Below, piece after piece: positions 13,839-28,058 of a stretch of 64,000 nt of DNA (the stretch's first letter is position 1; each line of letters starts with the position of its first letter). This DNA is from Antedon mediterranea (Eukaryota > Animalia > Echinodermata): positions 17,980,001 to 18,044,000 of the forward strand of contig NC_092671.1 in the NCBI RefSeq assembly GCF_964355755.1, read 5' to 3'. Both the position numbers and the translations under genes were made by a program. Under the pieces are notes generated by a model. That model was not told where the DNA came from and made no database searches. It saw only the letters and a program-made list of their open reading frames with translations.

Positions 13839-16804
13839 TTCTTGTAGGGTTTTAGTAGCAATTAATACATAGACCTACATCACAACATATGTACGATCGG
13901 TGGTCATGCTGACATGTCGAAGGTGATAATGAAGACAAGTGATGATAATCATACTAATTTTCGAAGATAATACATTATAAAGCATTAGTGGAATCACAAA
14001 TAACGATATTTTATATTACGGACGCTATTAGGCACATTTGTATTTTTATCTCTTCATTCACAACTGTTTTTATAATGTAAAAGTTAAATACTAAGTGTTC
14101 TATTGTATCAGATGTAATTTCTAACTTTCTAGGTTAAACTATAAGAGGCTTCAATCCGCATAAAAACTGAACTCAACAAAAGTGCTAACCTTGCCTTCAG
14201 CAACCATATTATATTCAAGCCAGGCCAGGCACCAATGTGCCGTGCACTTTTACAGTCAACAACTGTTTTGGGACAGGCTTATTAAAGGGACATCATCCCG
14301 TCAAACATGCGAGGAGCAATATATTATATTTTAACGGTCAACTCGTATTCATAGGACACACTATTAAGGTTAGTGGTTCTCTAATATTAGTATAGTATAA
14401 GTTACCAATATTTTATTTATATGACTTTAATTGAAAAGTCTTAAACAAGATGATTGTACCTTGTATGCGGATCGAAGCAACTAGGACATTTATTTTCTTA
14501 AGTAATTTTTTTCAGTCGATAAATTTATGATAGATTAAGGAAATTTTACTGAGGCAAGCCAAACAAGAGTTTCAAAGGAGGTCGTTTGTCAACAGAAACC
14601 CAGGAGAATAATGATAATAAGCGCATCATGATTAGAGTAATTAATTGATAAGAAAGAAAATACGTGACATCATCTTTGTAATTAATCAACAAAACAGTGC
14701 GAGTGAAGCAAAAATGAATAAACCTGTAATAGATTATCGGTGTAAATTTTACAGTAGCATAGGCAAGTTTTGTAATACAGTGTCATAAATGTATAATAGG
14801 CAATAAGTCTAACCCAGCCTTGGTATAATACATGCGCCATGTGATACATACGGTATGTGATTATCTTATTTTCAGAATTTGTCTGATACTGGAAAGATTT
14901 GGAGATACAGATAATCGGGAGATTAATTTATGCAAATGCGTTCCGGAGGTGCTTGGTTGGACGTGTTATGACTGCGCAGATTATTAAACTTGATATTTAA
15001 ATTCTTTTAATCTAGAAAAGCTTTGTTGGAACAATGGTGGTTTTTACATATCATGCGTCACTCCATTAAGAACGAATCTTTCAATATTAAGTTAAGACAA
15101 CTGTGAAGAAGAAAATCCAAAACTTCTCAACGTTCTAACGATATTTTTTAATGGAACTTAGTTTGAGCACTCGTCTATAACGATATAATAAATCCTTCTA
15201 ATGAAGAGTGGATAACTCGATTAAGCGGCATTAAATATAACGATGCGTCATGTGATGTGTCCTGTATTGTTGGAATAAGGATCATCTTCTTCAACCAAGT
15301 CATGTTGCGGCATCTCAGAGCAATCAGCTTAAATGTATTGGCATATATTATAGAGATTCAATCCATCATGCGTTGCGTTGTCTTAATAAAGTTGAGAATA
15401 TTTCAAACTTTAGATATATCATTCTGTCTTGTCGATTAAGCACAGATAATAAATTCTAAAAAATATAGCGAATGCTTAAAAACAATGTTTAAAAAAAATA
15501 ACATCTCATTTTAGTAAATGTTTGTATTACATGCAAAAGCAGATATCGTCTTTAACAGGACGCATTACCGTGCTTATAAACATAAGTATCATGTGTGGAG
15601 TGAACCCTGGAGTTTGGGATTACTTACCTCAAAATAAAGATGTATTCATTCAGTAATAAGTAATATTATATGATACTATACAATAAAACCAGCTTATACG
15701 ACCCTAACGTTGTCGTTTTGTGTTTTCACGTGATCGATAGCATCATTCATCATTGGCTATTTTTTATACGGTGAGATTTAATATTTTTTATCCAAGCACT
15801 TTCGTTTTATTACTGTCTGTGGTCATAAAAATGTTGATTGAGAATTTCAATGTTTTGATATCTTAATTGATTATAAAACATAGTCTATAAGTGCATAGTT
15901 TTTAGAATATTTAGAAATCCGAAATACGTACAGGGAACTTGCAAACAGACAGTCAATCAATGAAAATCTTTGCCGCCGAACATTGAGAGATTATTATTTT
16001 TATTATTATTACTTCACGTATGATAAAATTGATGAGCCGTGTAGGCCTAATGGATGAAGGAAAATAGTCTACATTTAAATGTTAGTACTGGGCAAACATG
16101 TTAGATCCTGTGTTTCCTGTACAAATTTGCTGTCGCCATAACAGGTCGGATCGCAAGAGGGCACGCACGAAACCAAAAGTAACCACGGTGAATCCGGAAG
16201 CGAAATCGAAATATTACGATCGAAAACCGAAATACATATTGACATATTACTCTCTTTTTTTCCCATTATTTTCTTGAATTTAGGATACTCAAGTTGATAG
16301 TAAATAAAAGTAACAATGCATAAATAATGTTTACAATACAGTGTAGTATATACATCAGTATATCTAAAATGGCTATATAAAATATCTTATCAGGAGGTGG
16401 GAACACCATGAATGATTAATAAAAAAGTATCTTATATATTGTAAATATATGAATGTACATAAAAAACTAGCACCATTCGCATTGCAGATTTTTTTTTTTC
16501 ACTTTTGTTGTTTAACATAAACTGAATATATTTAAAATTAATTCATGCAATATAATTATGCTATTTTGTATGGTAAAATAAATATAATAAAACACATTTA
16601 AATCAAACCTACGGCAGTCATATTAACTACATTAGATTTAAAGACCACCCATGGATTTTGACAAAACGGTTTTTTAATTCATTATATATATTTTTTTTAT
16701 AAATAGAATAGGTAGCGATGGTATATAATTGGTTTTTTGTACAATTTCCACTGCCAAGAATATAACGTTTTAGTGAATATCCGAGACAGCCAGGCTGGTA
16801 TCAA

Positions 16805-17418
16805 TGGCCCCGTTTCTGCTGCCAAAAATATACCGTATATATACGGTATATTTTATATACGGTATATTTTTTGGCAGCAGAAATGGGTCTCATAAAAAAT
16901 ATACCGTATATATATGCGGTATATATACCGCATAAATATCCCCATCGTTTGTGGATATTATACGGTATATTCCAAAATATACCGTATATTTCGTACCCCG
17001 TTTCTGCTGCACTCAAAATATACCGTATATGTGACCGGGCCCATGACACGAGGTCAAAAACTAACAGAGCGTGACGCGTTTGTTTGGGTTTTCTGCTGCA
17101 TTGACACACACGTGTATAATAAGCAAGCAACAGATCAAAATATCACTGTGGACTGAAGAAATAACTATTTTTGCAATTCAATTGTGGGGAGAAGCGAAGG
17201 TTGGGGGGAGACTACATGGCAACAGAAGAGATACCGAGATTTATAGGTCAATCCATACTTCCGTCTCACAAAATGCATTTTGGGTATATGAAAGCCAACT
17301 TTTTTTACAGCCCACCCACGAAGTATGTGCAGCGGAAACGGTGCACGAATTTCATATACGGTATATTTATACGGTATATTTATACGGTATATTTGGGATT
17401 GGCAGCAGAAACAGGGCC
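16805..17418. mobile_element. Palindromic foldback element built from ATACCGTATA/TATACGGTAT motifs
   Basis: Termini ggccccgtttctgctgcca and tggcagcagaaacagggcc are inverted; internal nested inverted blocks. Confidence 0.65.
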
Positions 17419-18567
17419 AAAGACGGTTATTTCCACAAACGTGTATTGCATTACGTCCGCCCACCTCAGAATTCATAGTTCAAAAATGTGAAATCAATGT
17501 ATTTCATTGTCAAAATGGCATTCCGTCTGTAATCATAAAATACAGATATGCATAGCAAAAATAAGGTCACGAAGGCTCATTGTATGTGACCTTTATATTT
17601 CATCACATTAACCAATCAAACTTGAGCCACATCAATATTCTTATTTTTTCAATTTTGAAGACAAAATAATGATTAAAATTGTAGCGTACACTTCTAGATT
17701 GATGTATACGATATGTTTGAAGCATGAACTTCCTGAAGCTGCAGGCTGTGGTCGATCATGTGTCCGGGGCAAGACAATAAATTTTATCTCACGTACGTGT
17801 TGACACAAGTATTTTGAATGAAACGTATTTCACATATTAGCAAACGTGAACCATTAATTTGTTTGGTTTGGATTTGTTTCATAGTTTTTCGAGTAATTTT
17901 TTGTCAGAAATTTATAGAGATTCATGTTCAATTTGCTAGAAAAAAGTGTTTTAGACATGTGTAAAGATTAAATAATGTTGATCTGGCTTTGAGTGTTTCT
18001 GAATGAGAGCCATGAGACTTGTTGAATAATGTATGGGACATCTTTGAATTCGAGTGAATTAAAAATGATATTAATGACAGACTCAGGACTTTGATTAGTA
18101 CAGCCAAAAGCCCAGCATGTGTTTGCTTTGTGAATCAGAAAGATAATGATTGTGACAAGACACTCTTCTTCGCATGTACATCTGAAGGATGATGTTACCG
18201 TGGGCCTACTTTGTATTTTCAAATTTAAAACTCACAACTATAATTAAGCTGGATATAGTATAGCATTACTTAGGAGCTATATTTATATTATAATCATATG
18301 TTAGTGATCTCAGTTGTAGGCCTATGTAGGCCTAAATGTAGGCCTATGTAACATTATAATTCCACTTTTCACAGGTTATTTCTTGCTTCACCTTTGCTTT
18401 GGAATACGTCTCAAAATATTCAGATTATTATTAATTCCAGAAGCTCTAATCAGCCGATATGGTATCAAACAATTACAAATTCATATTTGCAAATTAATCA
18501 TAAATATTGACGTATAAAATTGATTTATTAATGTATTCAGCAATTGATTATATTATTATTATTATAT

Positions 18568-18888
18568 ATATAAATCCAAAGGCAAATTACTGAAAAAATG
18601 ACAATGCTGTGGGTATCAGTGGCTGGATCTCAATGGAGATACAAAATAAAAGCGAAAAGCTAAATCAAAACGAGAAGTTTTATTTATTATTATATATATA
18701 TAAATCCATAGGCAAATTACTGAAAAAAATGACAATGCTGTGGGTATCAGTGGCTGGATCTCAATGGAGATACAAAAAAAAAAGCGAAAAGCTAAATCAA
18801 AACGATAAAGTAAACAGCCAGAAAAGTTAGCATTTATATATATATAGGTGAAGGACTAGTGTTGCCCGAAAGCTCTGCTAACTTTATT
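18568..18888 (-). mobile_element. Penelope pLTR-like repeat: partial tandem duplication plus small inverted fragment
   Basis: 18568-18675 repeated at 18697 onward; opposite-orientation fragment gtgaaggactagtgttgcccgaaagctctgctaac at 18848-18883; (TA)n at junctions. Confidence 0.7.
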
Positions 18889-19011
18889 ATTATAACTTTA
18901 TATATTATATTATTTTGGAAGTTACATTGGGCCTAAACAAATTTTTAAAAACCACCATGATTTGTTTACTGATATATCTTTCGCACATTTAAAGTGATTA
19001 TAGTATCAATA

Positions 19012-19157
19012 TTGGTTCCCAGAAAAGGAATGCATGGACGTATACGCACCGCAATTGAATTGACCAATAACAAGCGACAAATAATCCATAGCCTGTGATT
19101 GGTCATCACTTACGTTGCGTTACGTCCTTGTATTGCGTCTCTAGTGGCAACCAAGCA
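19012..19157. mobile_element. Degenerate small MITE
   Basis: Ends ttggttccca / tggcaaccaa and internal inverted tgaccaat / attggtca. Confidence 0.4.
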
Positions 19158-21268
19158 TAAAAAAGTTTGTGATCGAAATACTGATATGCTAATTTTCCTT
19201 TAGATATGTTATGAATCATGGTCTAATCTTACTTAAATCAAAATCAATGTAATAATATTTTAATATTAATAATATTGTTATCCTATTTTTTTATAATTAA
19301 AAAATAAAACAAATTATTGATACATTTTTAGAATCTTTTATCACAAATGCAAATCTAAAGGTTAAATTAAGAAACGAAGATACCTTAAATATGATCAAAT
19401 CCATTGTGGAATGAACAAGGAAAACGAAACAAGAAAATCAAGTTTGTTAGATTGTAGAAGAAGTAACATTTAATTTTATTTATTTTATTTATTTCAATTG
19501 TACACCCAACAGCCATAGCCAATGTAGTAACATTTTAAAATTCATATAGTAAAGTAAAAAACCATTGGTACAATACATTAATACTATAAAATGATTAATC
19601 ATAGCCAATTATTAACTTATTAGGCAGAAATGTGTATTGTATCTCATCTAGTAAAAAACACCTGCAGTGAATTTCTATAGCGGCAAGAAATGATAAAGTG
19701 AATTATTTATATAGATATCTGCTCTTGAAATGATTAGGCAACCTAGAAGCAGGTGACTAATATTAATAACAACAACAACCACAACTGTTTGTATAATTTA
19801 AAACATCACAATAAGACCTTTAATAAGCTGAGTTTCAATACAGTGCTGAATTTATCTAATTATCTATTATAAAATAGATCGAGACAGTATTCAAATTTAA
19901 AATAACAAACAATTATATTACATTATTACGCCTGTCTACACTACGCGGCGCTAAGTACGTATTGGGATAACTTAACGACTGTTTGCGCATGTTCACAAAC
20001 CAATTTGATCATTGTTTTCGGTTTCGTCAAGGAAAATATCACATTTCTACGAGACATGCTCAGATCAAGATATTCGTTACGATCTATGATTTTGTAGTTT
20101 TTGATGTCGCGTATTTTCGTACTTGTGACAGTACTCATCACGAAATGTCTCATACTTAATCAACATAATTAAACCACTCAGTACATTAACAGTAAACTGA
20201 TACTTTCTTGTCATCATGTTTGTCAATGGAAATATAAACGTTAACATATCAAATTGACTGTAAATGAAGGAAACTGTGTATGTAATGCATGTCAATTATA
20301 ATAATACACTTATTCAAAGATCTGTTTGTTCACTGCTATTTTAGTCTTTTTTTGAAGAATAAAAATGTAATAAAAAAAATTTATTTACCTGAAAAAAATT
20401 GTAATTTAAAGCAAAAATAGTAAAATTGGATGCCAGTCAATGGGTTTTTGGTTAAATTTGACCATTTATTTTGTCATTTTATATGAGAAAATAAAAAATT
20501 ATTATTATTTTTTTACGGAAGGGATTAAATTTATTAAAACTACAAAATAACCGATTCAAAGTCTGATTTAATTAATCTTCATTTTTCATGTTTTTTGGGG
20601 GAGAATACATCTTACCGATAAATCCTTTACTCATGTTAGCAAGTTTCTAAATGTCAGAAAGTACCTTACTTCATTTTAAACAGAAAGGCAAACTTTAAAC
20701 ATTTGCTTAGTTCTTAAACTGTCTTGTACAATTGGTATTACAATGATTAAAACTGTAATCATGAATTATACACCTGCCTTTACAGAGTTTGAAGTAGTAT
20801 AGGCTGTAGACCGTAATATCAATAACAAGATATCATTTTGGGACATATGGCGTTTCATACGTAAACGTTGATTGGTGGACTAACATAAAAAAAAGAAAAT
20901 TACTACAGAATTAGGACAAGTCTAAGTTTGAAGTATCTCCAATAAATTTTAGTTTTGAATTATATGACAAATTATTTTTTAAAAGTATGATTGACTAACA
21001 CAATAATGCCAATTTACGGTTTATATTTTGTTGATGACAGTTAGATAACAATCTATCACCGAGATACATCATTTGGAACACTGGTTCTTTAATGTGACAA
21101 CATTTTAATCGTTTCTATAGGTCTAGTTCTTATAATGTGAGCAGTAGGTGCATTATCATTTTGATAGCTTTTATGCAAGTCACATGGGGCGATATACTTG
21201 CATGAGGCGTAATTAACATCAACATGGGTGAATACAGATTGTGGTGAATTCAAAATATGCATCTGTTA

Positions 21269-21394
21269 AGCTTTGTCTACACTAGCAAACTTTAAGTGAC
21301 AACAAAATGTGATGTGCCCATATATGAAAAGGATGATGTCATTTCACTACCATATATTATTTATTCAAACTAGATTGGTAGTGTAGACAGAGCT
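21269..21394. mobile_element. PIF/Harbinger-type MITE, copy 2
   Basis: TTA | agctttgtctacact...agtgtagacagagct | TTA. Confidence 0.75.
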
Positions 21395-21796
21395 TTAAGA
21401 TAAACTCGGGTACACATGCATTTGTTAATATCGACTTTTCGTGTTCACCATGCGTTATTGTGTCTAATGGTCATTCTGCAACTACCCATAATAATATTTT
21501 TGAGCGTCACGTAACAAAATTGCTAACTACGTAGTCAAGTTGAGTGTCGTGAAAACGATCCGTAACGATATAGTATGGACGCGTATGCCAGTATTTTGAT
21601 TTTTTTGTGCTTTTGATTGCCGACATCGGTGCCGAAATGTGGTGGCCTAATATTATCGTTTTATTAGTTTTTGAAAATCATATTAATACATTAAAGTCAA
21701 ATACGATTTGCAATTTAAAAAAATTAAGCTTTTTGTCCTTGAAATAAATGATGAATGAATGAAATATATAAATACAATATTTAAGTTGTTTGAATT

Positions 21797-21986
21797 ATAA
21801 ATCCAAAAGCAAATTACTGAAAAAATGACAATGCTGTGGGTATCAGTGGCTGGATCTCAATGGAGATACAAAAAAAAAAAGCGAAAAGCAAAACAGCCAG
21901 AAAAGTTAGCAGAGCTATCGGGCAACACTAGCCCTTCATCAGTGCAAGTGAAGGAATTTGGATAACGTCATAGTATAAGAGCTGGC
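21797..21986 (-). mobile_element. Penelope pLTR-like repeat with 14-bp flanking duplication
   Basis: aagttgtttgaatt at 21783-21796 and 21987-22000; hammerhead-like motif at 21909-21945 with GAAA changed to GATA. Confidence 0.75.
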
Positions 21987-24451
21987 AAGTTGTTTGAATT
22001 TTATAAATTGTTTGTTTGAATTAAAACATAATTCACATTATTGTGGTTATTCCTGAAGCTACTTAAAAAAAAAAAATACTGGAAACTATTTGATAAAAGT
22101 AGATTAATAATCATTGTTTCTCGTATGTTCTAGACTGCATTTCTACTTAATATTGGAAACAAGATAAATATGTTGGCACACATGGCGTTATATACATATA
22201 CCACTTTGTTTGAAGTACAGACCAACATCGAAAACGACAACAATCCACAGAAGTGAAGTCTAGAGAAGTTAAAAACAGCGTGAACAAAACCACACAATTA
22301 ACTGGTTGTATATTTTAGAAACCGGTATTTCTGGCTAAAATACTTCGATTGTTACACGTTGTAGAATTTAAATGTCAAAGGAATTCAATATCCATAAATG
22401 TATTATTGAAACAATTTAGAGACAAATATGTATTACTTTTAAAGATTGTATTATTAATTTGATGTTATGTAAATCCATAAAACCTTTCGGAGATTTTCCT
22501 TTAACATAAACAACAGCCACAAGGAACATTGTGATTATTGCAACAAATCATCTCGAACAGTCAAAATGCTGACAATAATAAAATATATTTATATATAGAT
22601 ATTTAACTGTATGTATGTTTAAATACAAAGACATGATTTCTTAACGTTCTCTATTAACCAGTCTTGTATGGAAAATTACTGTACATCTGTATATAAGTCT
22701 CAGTCTGTAAAGCATTCCAAAATTAGGTAATATTGACTTTTCGATTTGCACCTTTTTTTCTTTAGATAGTTGTGTGTATACAGTTTTCTTTTGTTGCCAG
22801 ACGTATTAACACTAGATAGTTTTAGAACGTATAAATGCATACATTAGGCCTACCTGTTTTTAAGTATAATAAATAAGAGGAAAGTGGTAAATTTACCTAC
22901 ACCTACTTTGTCACAATACAGAGTAAAAGCATAAAATGTGTTAATGTCACTAATCTAGAATAAAACCATATTTTAGTTTACTGCCTTAAAGCAGTAATCC
23001 GATAAGAAAGCATTAAATATTTAAAGCTTTCTGACTAACAAACAAAATGTCCAAGGTTGTTTCTGATGTCATTTCCAATCGGTCTTAGAAAGATAGACCA
23101 CGCATGACAGATATGGATTACTTGCTAAATGACATTTAGCCTACTGCAGTTGCAGTGTCTTCTTGCTTAGTGTTGTTATGTAAATCAAGATTCCATTGTG
23201 AGCTTAAATATTAATAAGATAATAGGAACAACAACCACACAAAATAAAACATTAGAAATTGTATTTCTATTCATTTAATCTAATAATATATAATTTGTTA
23301 AACGTACTATATTAACGATTGCTACGTAAGAGGCAAAACGATACCTCAATAATCAAACTCAAATAGGTGACGTTCATACGACTTATCTGATTATCTTCAA
23401 TAACGTATGCCATTTATTTTGTGAAAATATGTGTCAAATTTTGGAAATGCAGGTACTTTTGCGACCCTACCCCATGGAATGCGGGAAGTAATAACGTGTT
23501 ACTCGCAGTAGAATCAGTATAAGCCCAGTAGATATATTGTGAGACCGATACAGGCTAGGTAGGTTGGCGCAGCACGTGTACAGAGACGTTCAATGAATCT
23601 CGATGTTTGTACACACGTCGACTAGTGCGTTTATTCACGGTAGCCAGCATTTTCTAGTAATAAGCTGTCCTCGTATTATTTAGTTAAAATTGGACACACA
23701 TGGACAGATTTGCATAACCACCTTAAGGGGACAGGCCCAAACACATAATCTCTGAGCTAACGACATAATTACCACTTGAATTATAGAAGCTTAGGTGCTT
23801 TATTGTTTCAACTGTTGGGCATACATTATACAAGATAGCATTTAATGGACACATTTATATTATAGTCACATTTAATGTACCTATAGATTGTCTTTAGTTT
23901 CTTACTGACAGCAATGCAACAAAGATTGATCAGTTTGATAACACAACGGGATATAGACAAAATAATTTAATTGAAAGAAAGTTAAAAAAGAATGTGAAAA
24001 TACATATGAGATTATGTTGAGAAAAAGATTCTTCTAATAAGGAGGGCTTTAAATTAATGTTATGTTTTTAGTGAATTTAGTGCATAAAGAATAGTATATG
24101 CAATTATGTATGCAAAACGACCATTGCAAATCCTACTTACTGCGTAGTGTCCACTGTGTTACGACATTAGCATGTACGGGCCTATTTTGCAAATTATACT
24201 TTTCGTTATGGGCACTCATCTATGGGGAAACAGAGTAGGCTATACAAATAATGATGAGTGTCTATGAGTGCAGTGGGTACAAACAAGTTCATGAGGCGAA
24301 AAATAGAACATTTCATCTTTCATTGAATAAAATTATTTGTACCATTGCACGAATATAAAACATTCATTATTTGGTTTGGCGCCAACTTTTAATTAGAGGC
24401 TAGGCAAAGGCCTAAACCATCGGAGAAGGCAGCAGAGTAGATGGGAACAAT

Positions 24452-24530
24452 TATAGTGTCGTGTACGCGCACTAAGTTGTATAGCTCTGTAAACATGCGC
24501 ACTAAACGATATAGCTTCATATACATGCGA
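24452..24530. repeat. 3 x ~30-bp tandem cassette downstream of the LINE
   Basis: Units start at atag 24453, 24481 and 24511; consensus TATAG-N8-ACATGCG; homologous to 28059-28140. Confidence 0.75.
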
Positions 24531-24729
24531 ACTAACTTGGTACTGGTACTGGTACTGGTTCAAATAACCGTCTCACAGAGACATCTGGTAGCCATTGACT
24601 TGAAGTTGGCATTTGGATGTGTTACTTTTAAATGTAGGCCTACAGTATGAGAGTGACTACTACCAAATTACACAGTCACAAAACAACTTATAAAACAGTT
24701 CATATATACAGTTAAAACATTGCTGGGAA

Positions 24730-27700
24730 TTATAAATTTCTGTTGAAGCAGGCTCTAATGAAGTTGCATCTAGTAAATTGACTTTGTTGTACAACTCTAT
24801 CAAGTACTGATGGTATCTTCCGACCTCTTCGTTTACTTTGTGTTGTGTGAAAAGTAAGAATTTTTGTAGGATCTTCATTTTCTTTTCTAATTACATGTCC
24901 GATCCAGTTGAATTGTTGCTTGTAGACATATTCTTCTAGCGGTTGACAGCCAGTAATTTTGTAGAGATCGTCATTATCAATTACGTAACGCCAGTCTATA
25001 TAGTTTTCATCTGTTTCTTCATCTGAGGATATGTCTACATGGTTTGGTGGGCAGACTCTTTGAAAGCCATTCACTAGCATTCTTCTTAGGAAGGTTTTGT
25101 ATGTTGTGCTAAGTTTGGACATTTCACTTCCTGTTGCCCTCCAAGCATGGCAACCATAGGTAAGTCTACTCCTAACTAGACCATTAAGAAACATCATTCT
25201 TGTTTGTAGGTGGATCGTTCTGTTGGTAAGCAATGCCCTATTCTCTGCAAATGCTCCTTTGGCTGAATTGATTCTGTATTTTACTTCTTGATCTCCAATA
25301 TGAACATCATTGTAGGTAGCCCATACACCAAGGTATCTAAAGTGTGTTACGTTGTTAATGTGTACGCCGCCAATTTGTATGATGCATCTTGGGTATTCTT
25401 CAACTTCCTCTTTCCAGTTCCATATAATGGTTTCTGTTTTGGGGGCACTAATTCTTAGACCAAATTCCAGACAAACTTTATTCAAGATGTTCACAATGGT
25501 TTGCAGTTCTTCTTGTAACCAGGAGCTTACAGCAAAGTCGTCAGCATAGCCACTTTCAAAGTCGTCATAGATGCCCCTTGATGGTGCTTTACATCTTTGA
25601 GCACGATTTGTAGCTTCAATAGGAATTAGGTATTGTATCATTAGGCCATCCAAACTAGCATCTTTACAGCGTTGTTTGAACACTCTAATAACGTAATCAA
25701 AATATTGGTTAAACATGCTGGTACTCTCAATACCACCCTGTCGCACCCCAGAAGATGTTTCGAACTTATCACCACTCGGATCGTCGTCAGCAAGGTATGC
25801 TTTCGTTGAGCTGTACAGTGATTGTATAATGTCAATCATAGTAGTAGACTGGTTTAAGTGAAACCTATTACGAACGCTTAGGAAAAGAAGATTACGATTC
25901 ACATGGTCGAATGCTGCTGTTAAATCAATGAAGCATTTATAGAGTTTGCGATTTGAGCGATACGCAATTTCCTGGATCTGCTTGATTACATATATAGCAT
26001 CATTGCACCCTCTGTTGGACCTGAATCCAAACTGTGTGCGTAGAAGTTGACTTTCATAAAAGATGGAAAAACGTGAAAGAATGATAACCATAAGTATCTT
26101 TGAAAATGTAGACCCAATCGATATTCCTCTATACATTGATGGATCAAGTGGACTGCCTTTTTTTTCCAAATGGTTGTTAATTTGGACAGTCCCCAATCAC
26201 TTGGTACTTCTTTCGTTCTCCAAATTTCCTCAAACAGTCTATGTACATGGTCGACGAATACTGGGTTCTCTGTGGCGACTTGCAACATTTCAGAAGCGAC
26301 ATCTAGGGTAGCTTTGCGACCTTTTAGATGTCCGATTGCATCAATAATTTCTTTCTTGGACGGAGGTTCATTGTCTATCTCTAGCTATCTCTACTATGAT
26401 TGACATTATACAATCACTGTACAGCTATCTGGTTGTCTCAGGTTGATAATATATTCTGGAGGTGTGCTAATTTCATCTGGGATTTTAAGGCTAGATTGGT
26501 CTGGATTAAAGTGATCTTTAAAGTCTTCACGTAATCCAGGACATTTTATAGGCTTTGGTGCTTTTCTTATAACATCACCGTGCTCTTTAGCTTTTCTCCA
26601 TAAATCAAATATTTTTCTATTTTGGTGGGCTTCATTTAACTTGCTTGCTTCTTCATACAAATATTCATTCCGTAGTTCCTTCACCCTTATCTTAATTGCT
26701 TTCTGTATAGCCTTGATCTCCTCTTCTTTGTAGGTAACTGTGCTTTTGTTAATATTCTTTCTTTCTTTTATAAGCTGTTGTAGTCTTTCATCACCATCCC
26801 AGGGATGAGCATTTTGGTTTCTTGTTTTCTTCGGGACTTCTTCAACTGCCTTATTTAGCACTGTCATAAGTGTTGTATAGCGCTCAGTTGATGTAGTGGT
26901 TGTTGTCTTTTCAGGAGAAGTAATTTTATTAATTTCTTCTTCTATCTTTGTTTTAACATTATTTCTTACTTCTCGATCTTTAAGTTTACTCATGTTGGCT
27001 CTCTTGCTCTGTTTTTTCTTTTTATGCTTCTTCCACCTGGCTGCTTTGTTGGCTGGTGTTGTCATATTACTCACAAGGATTCTATGATCCGACGAAAGAT
27101 AATAGTTGTTATAGACTCTTGTGTCAGTAACATACTTCCTCAACCAGTGATCACATATGTTGTAATCTAGTGTTTTCTTTGTAACACCATCGTTGCTATG
27201 CCAAGTGATCCGATGAACGTTTGGATGGTCAAACCAGGTGTTCAGTATGCATAGCTTGAAGTCAGAGCAGTAGTTGATGAGTCTTGTGCCATTGTCGTTA
27301 CTAATGTCATCTGTGTCTTGAAATCTATGTAGGTTTTCATCAAAGAGTGATTTTCTGGTTGTTATTGTTGATGTTGCATTAAAGTCTCCCATCAGTAAGA
27401 GTTTTGTGTTGTTCTCGACTCTTGTTACTTTGGAGAGTTTTGCATAGAAAATATCCTTTGATGATTCTGAACCGGATTCCGTAGGAGAGTACGCAGACAC
27501 AATTCTTAATTTACAATTTTTTATTGTGACGTCTATTGCCATTAGGCGTTCATAAACATAATAAACATTAGACACTTTGATATGGGTGACTGTTTGATGG
27601 CAATAGCAACCCCATACATCTTTTTGATTTTCAGTCCAGTCCAGTATACATTGTAGCCCTCATGTGAGATTGCACCGGTACCAATCCGTCTCACTTCCTG

Positions 27701-27928
27701 CATACACACGATGTCAAGGTTTGCTGCTTTAATTTGAATGAGGGTTTCATGTAGTAAGAAGTCATCTGAGCAGGTATTAACATTAATCTGTCCTGCTCGC
27801 CAATGAAAATATTTTGCAGGCTTTTGTTTCCTAACTGCTTCTTGTACTTTCTTGTTTATGTTAGAAAGGTTTTTAGAATCTATTATCTTTATTACTCTTT
27901 GTGTGAAATTTTGACTTGCGTCCACCAC
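24730..27928 (-). mobile_element. RTE-like non-LTR retrotransposon, single APE endonuclease + RT ORF, disrupted
   Basis: EN motifs QINVNT, CMQEVR, SAYSPT, MGDFNA, TLDY, SDH; RT motifs YRGISI, QFGFR, CFIDLTAAFD, GVRQGG, YADD, FRYLG, WIGHVIR. Lesions: frameshift near 27580, stop-containing insertion at 26391-26426, frameshift in the T8 run at 26158-26165. Confidence 0.9.
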
Positions 27929-28058
27929 GGGTACCTCTATAATGGAAAATTCCCAAGTCTTTCAAAACACTTCCAACCGCAGTAGTAATTTTTCCAGCAT
28001 ATTGTCTCAGGTTAAGTAGCTTTGAGTAGCTATAGTTATAGGTCAACATAGTTTACTG

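Noticed and set aside
16801-17555. Cluster of overlapping short ORFs
   Set aside because: Arise from a palindromic repeat with few stops; no protein motifs.
26158-26165. Programmed ribosomal frameshift in the LINE
   Set aside because: A one-base loss in an A8 run within an already disrupted copy; mutation or sequencing error is more likely.
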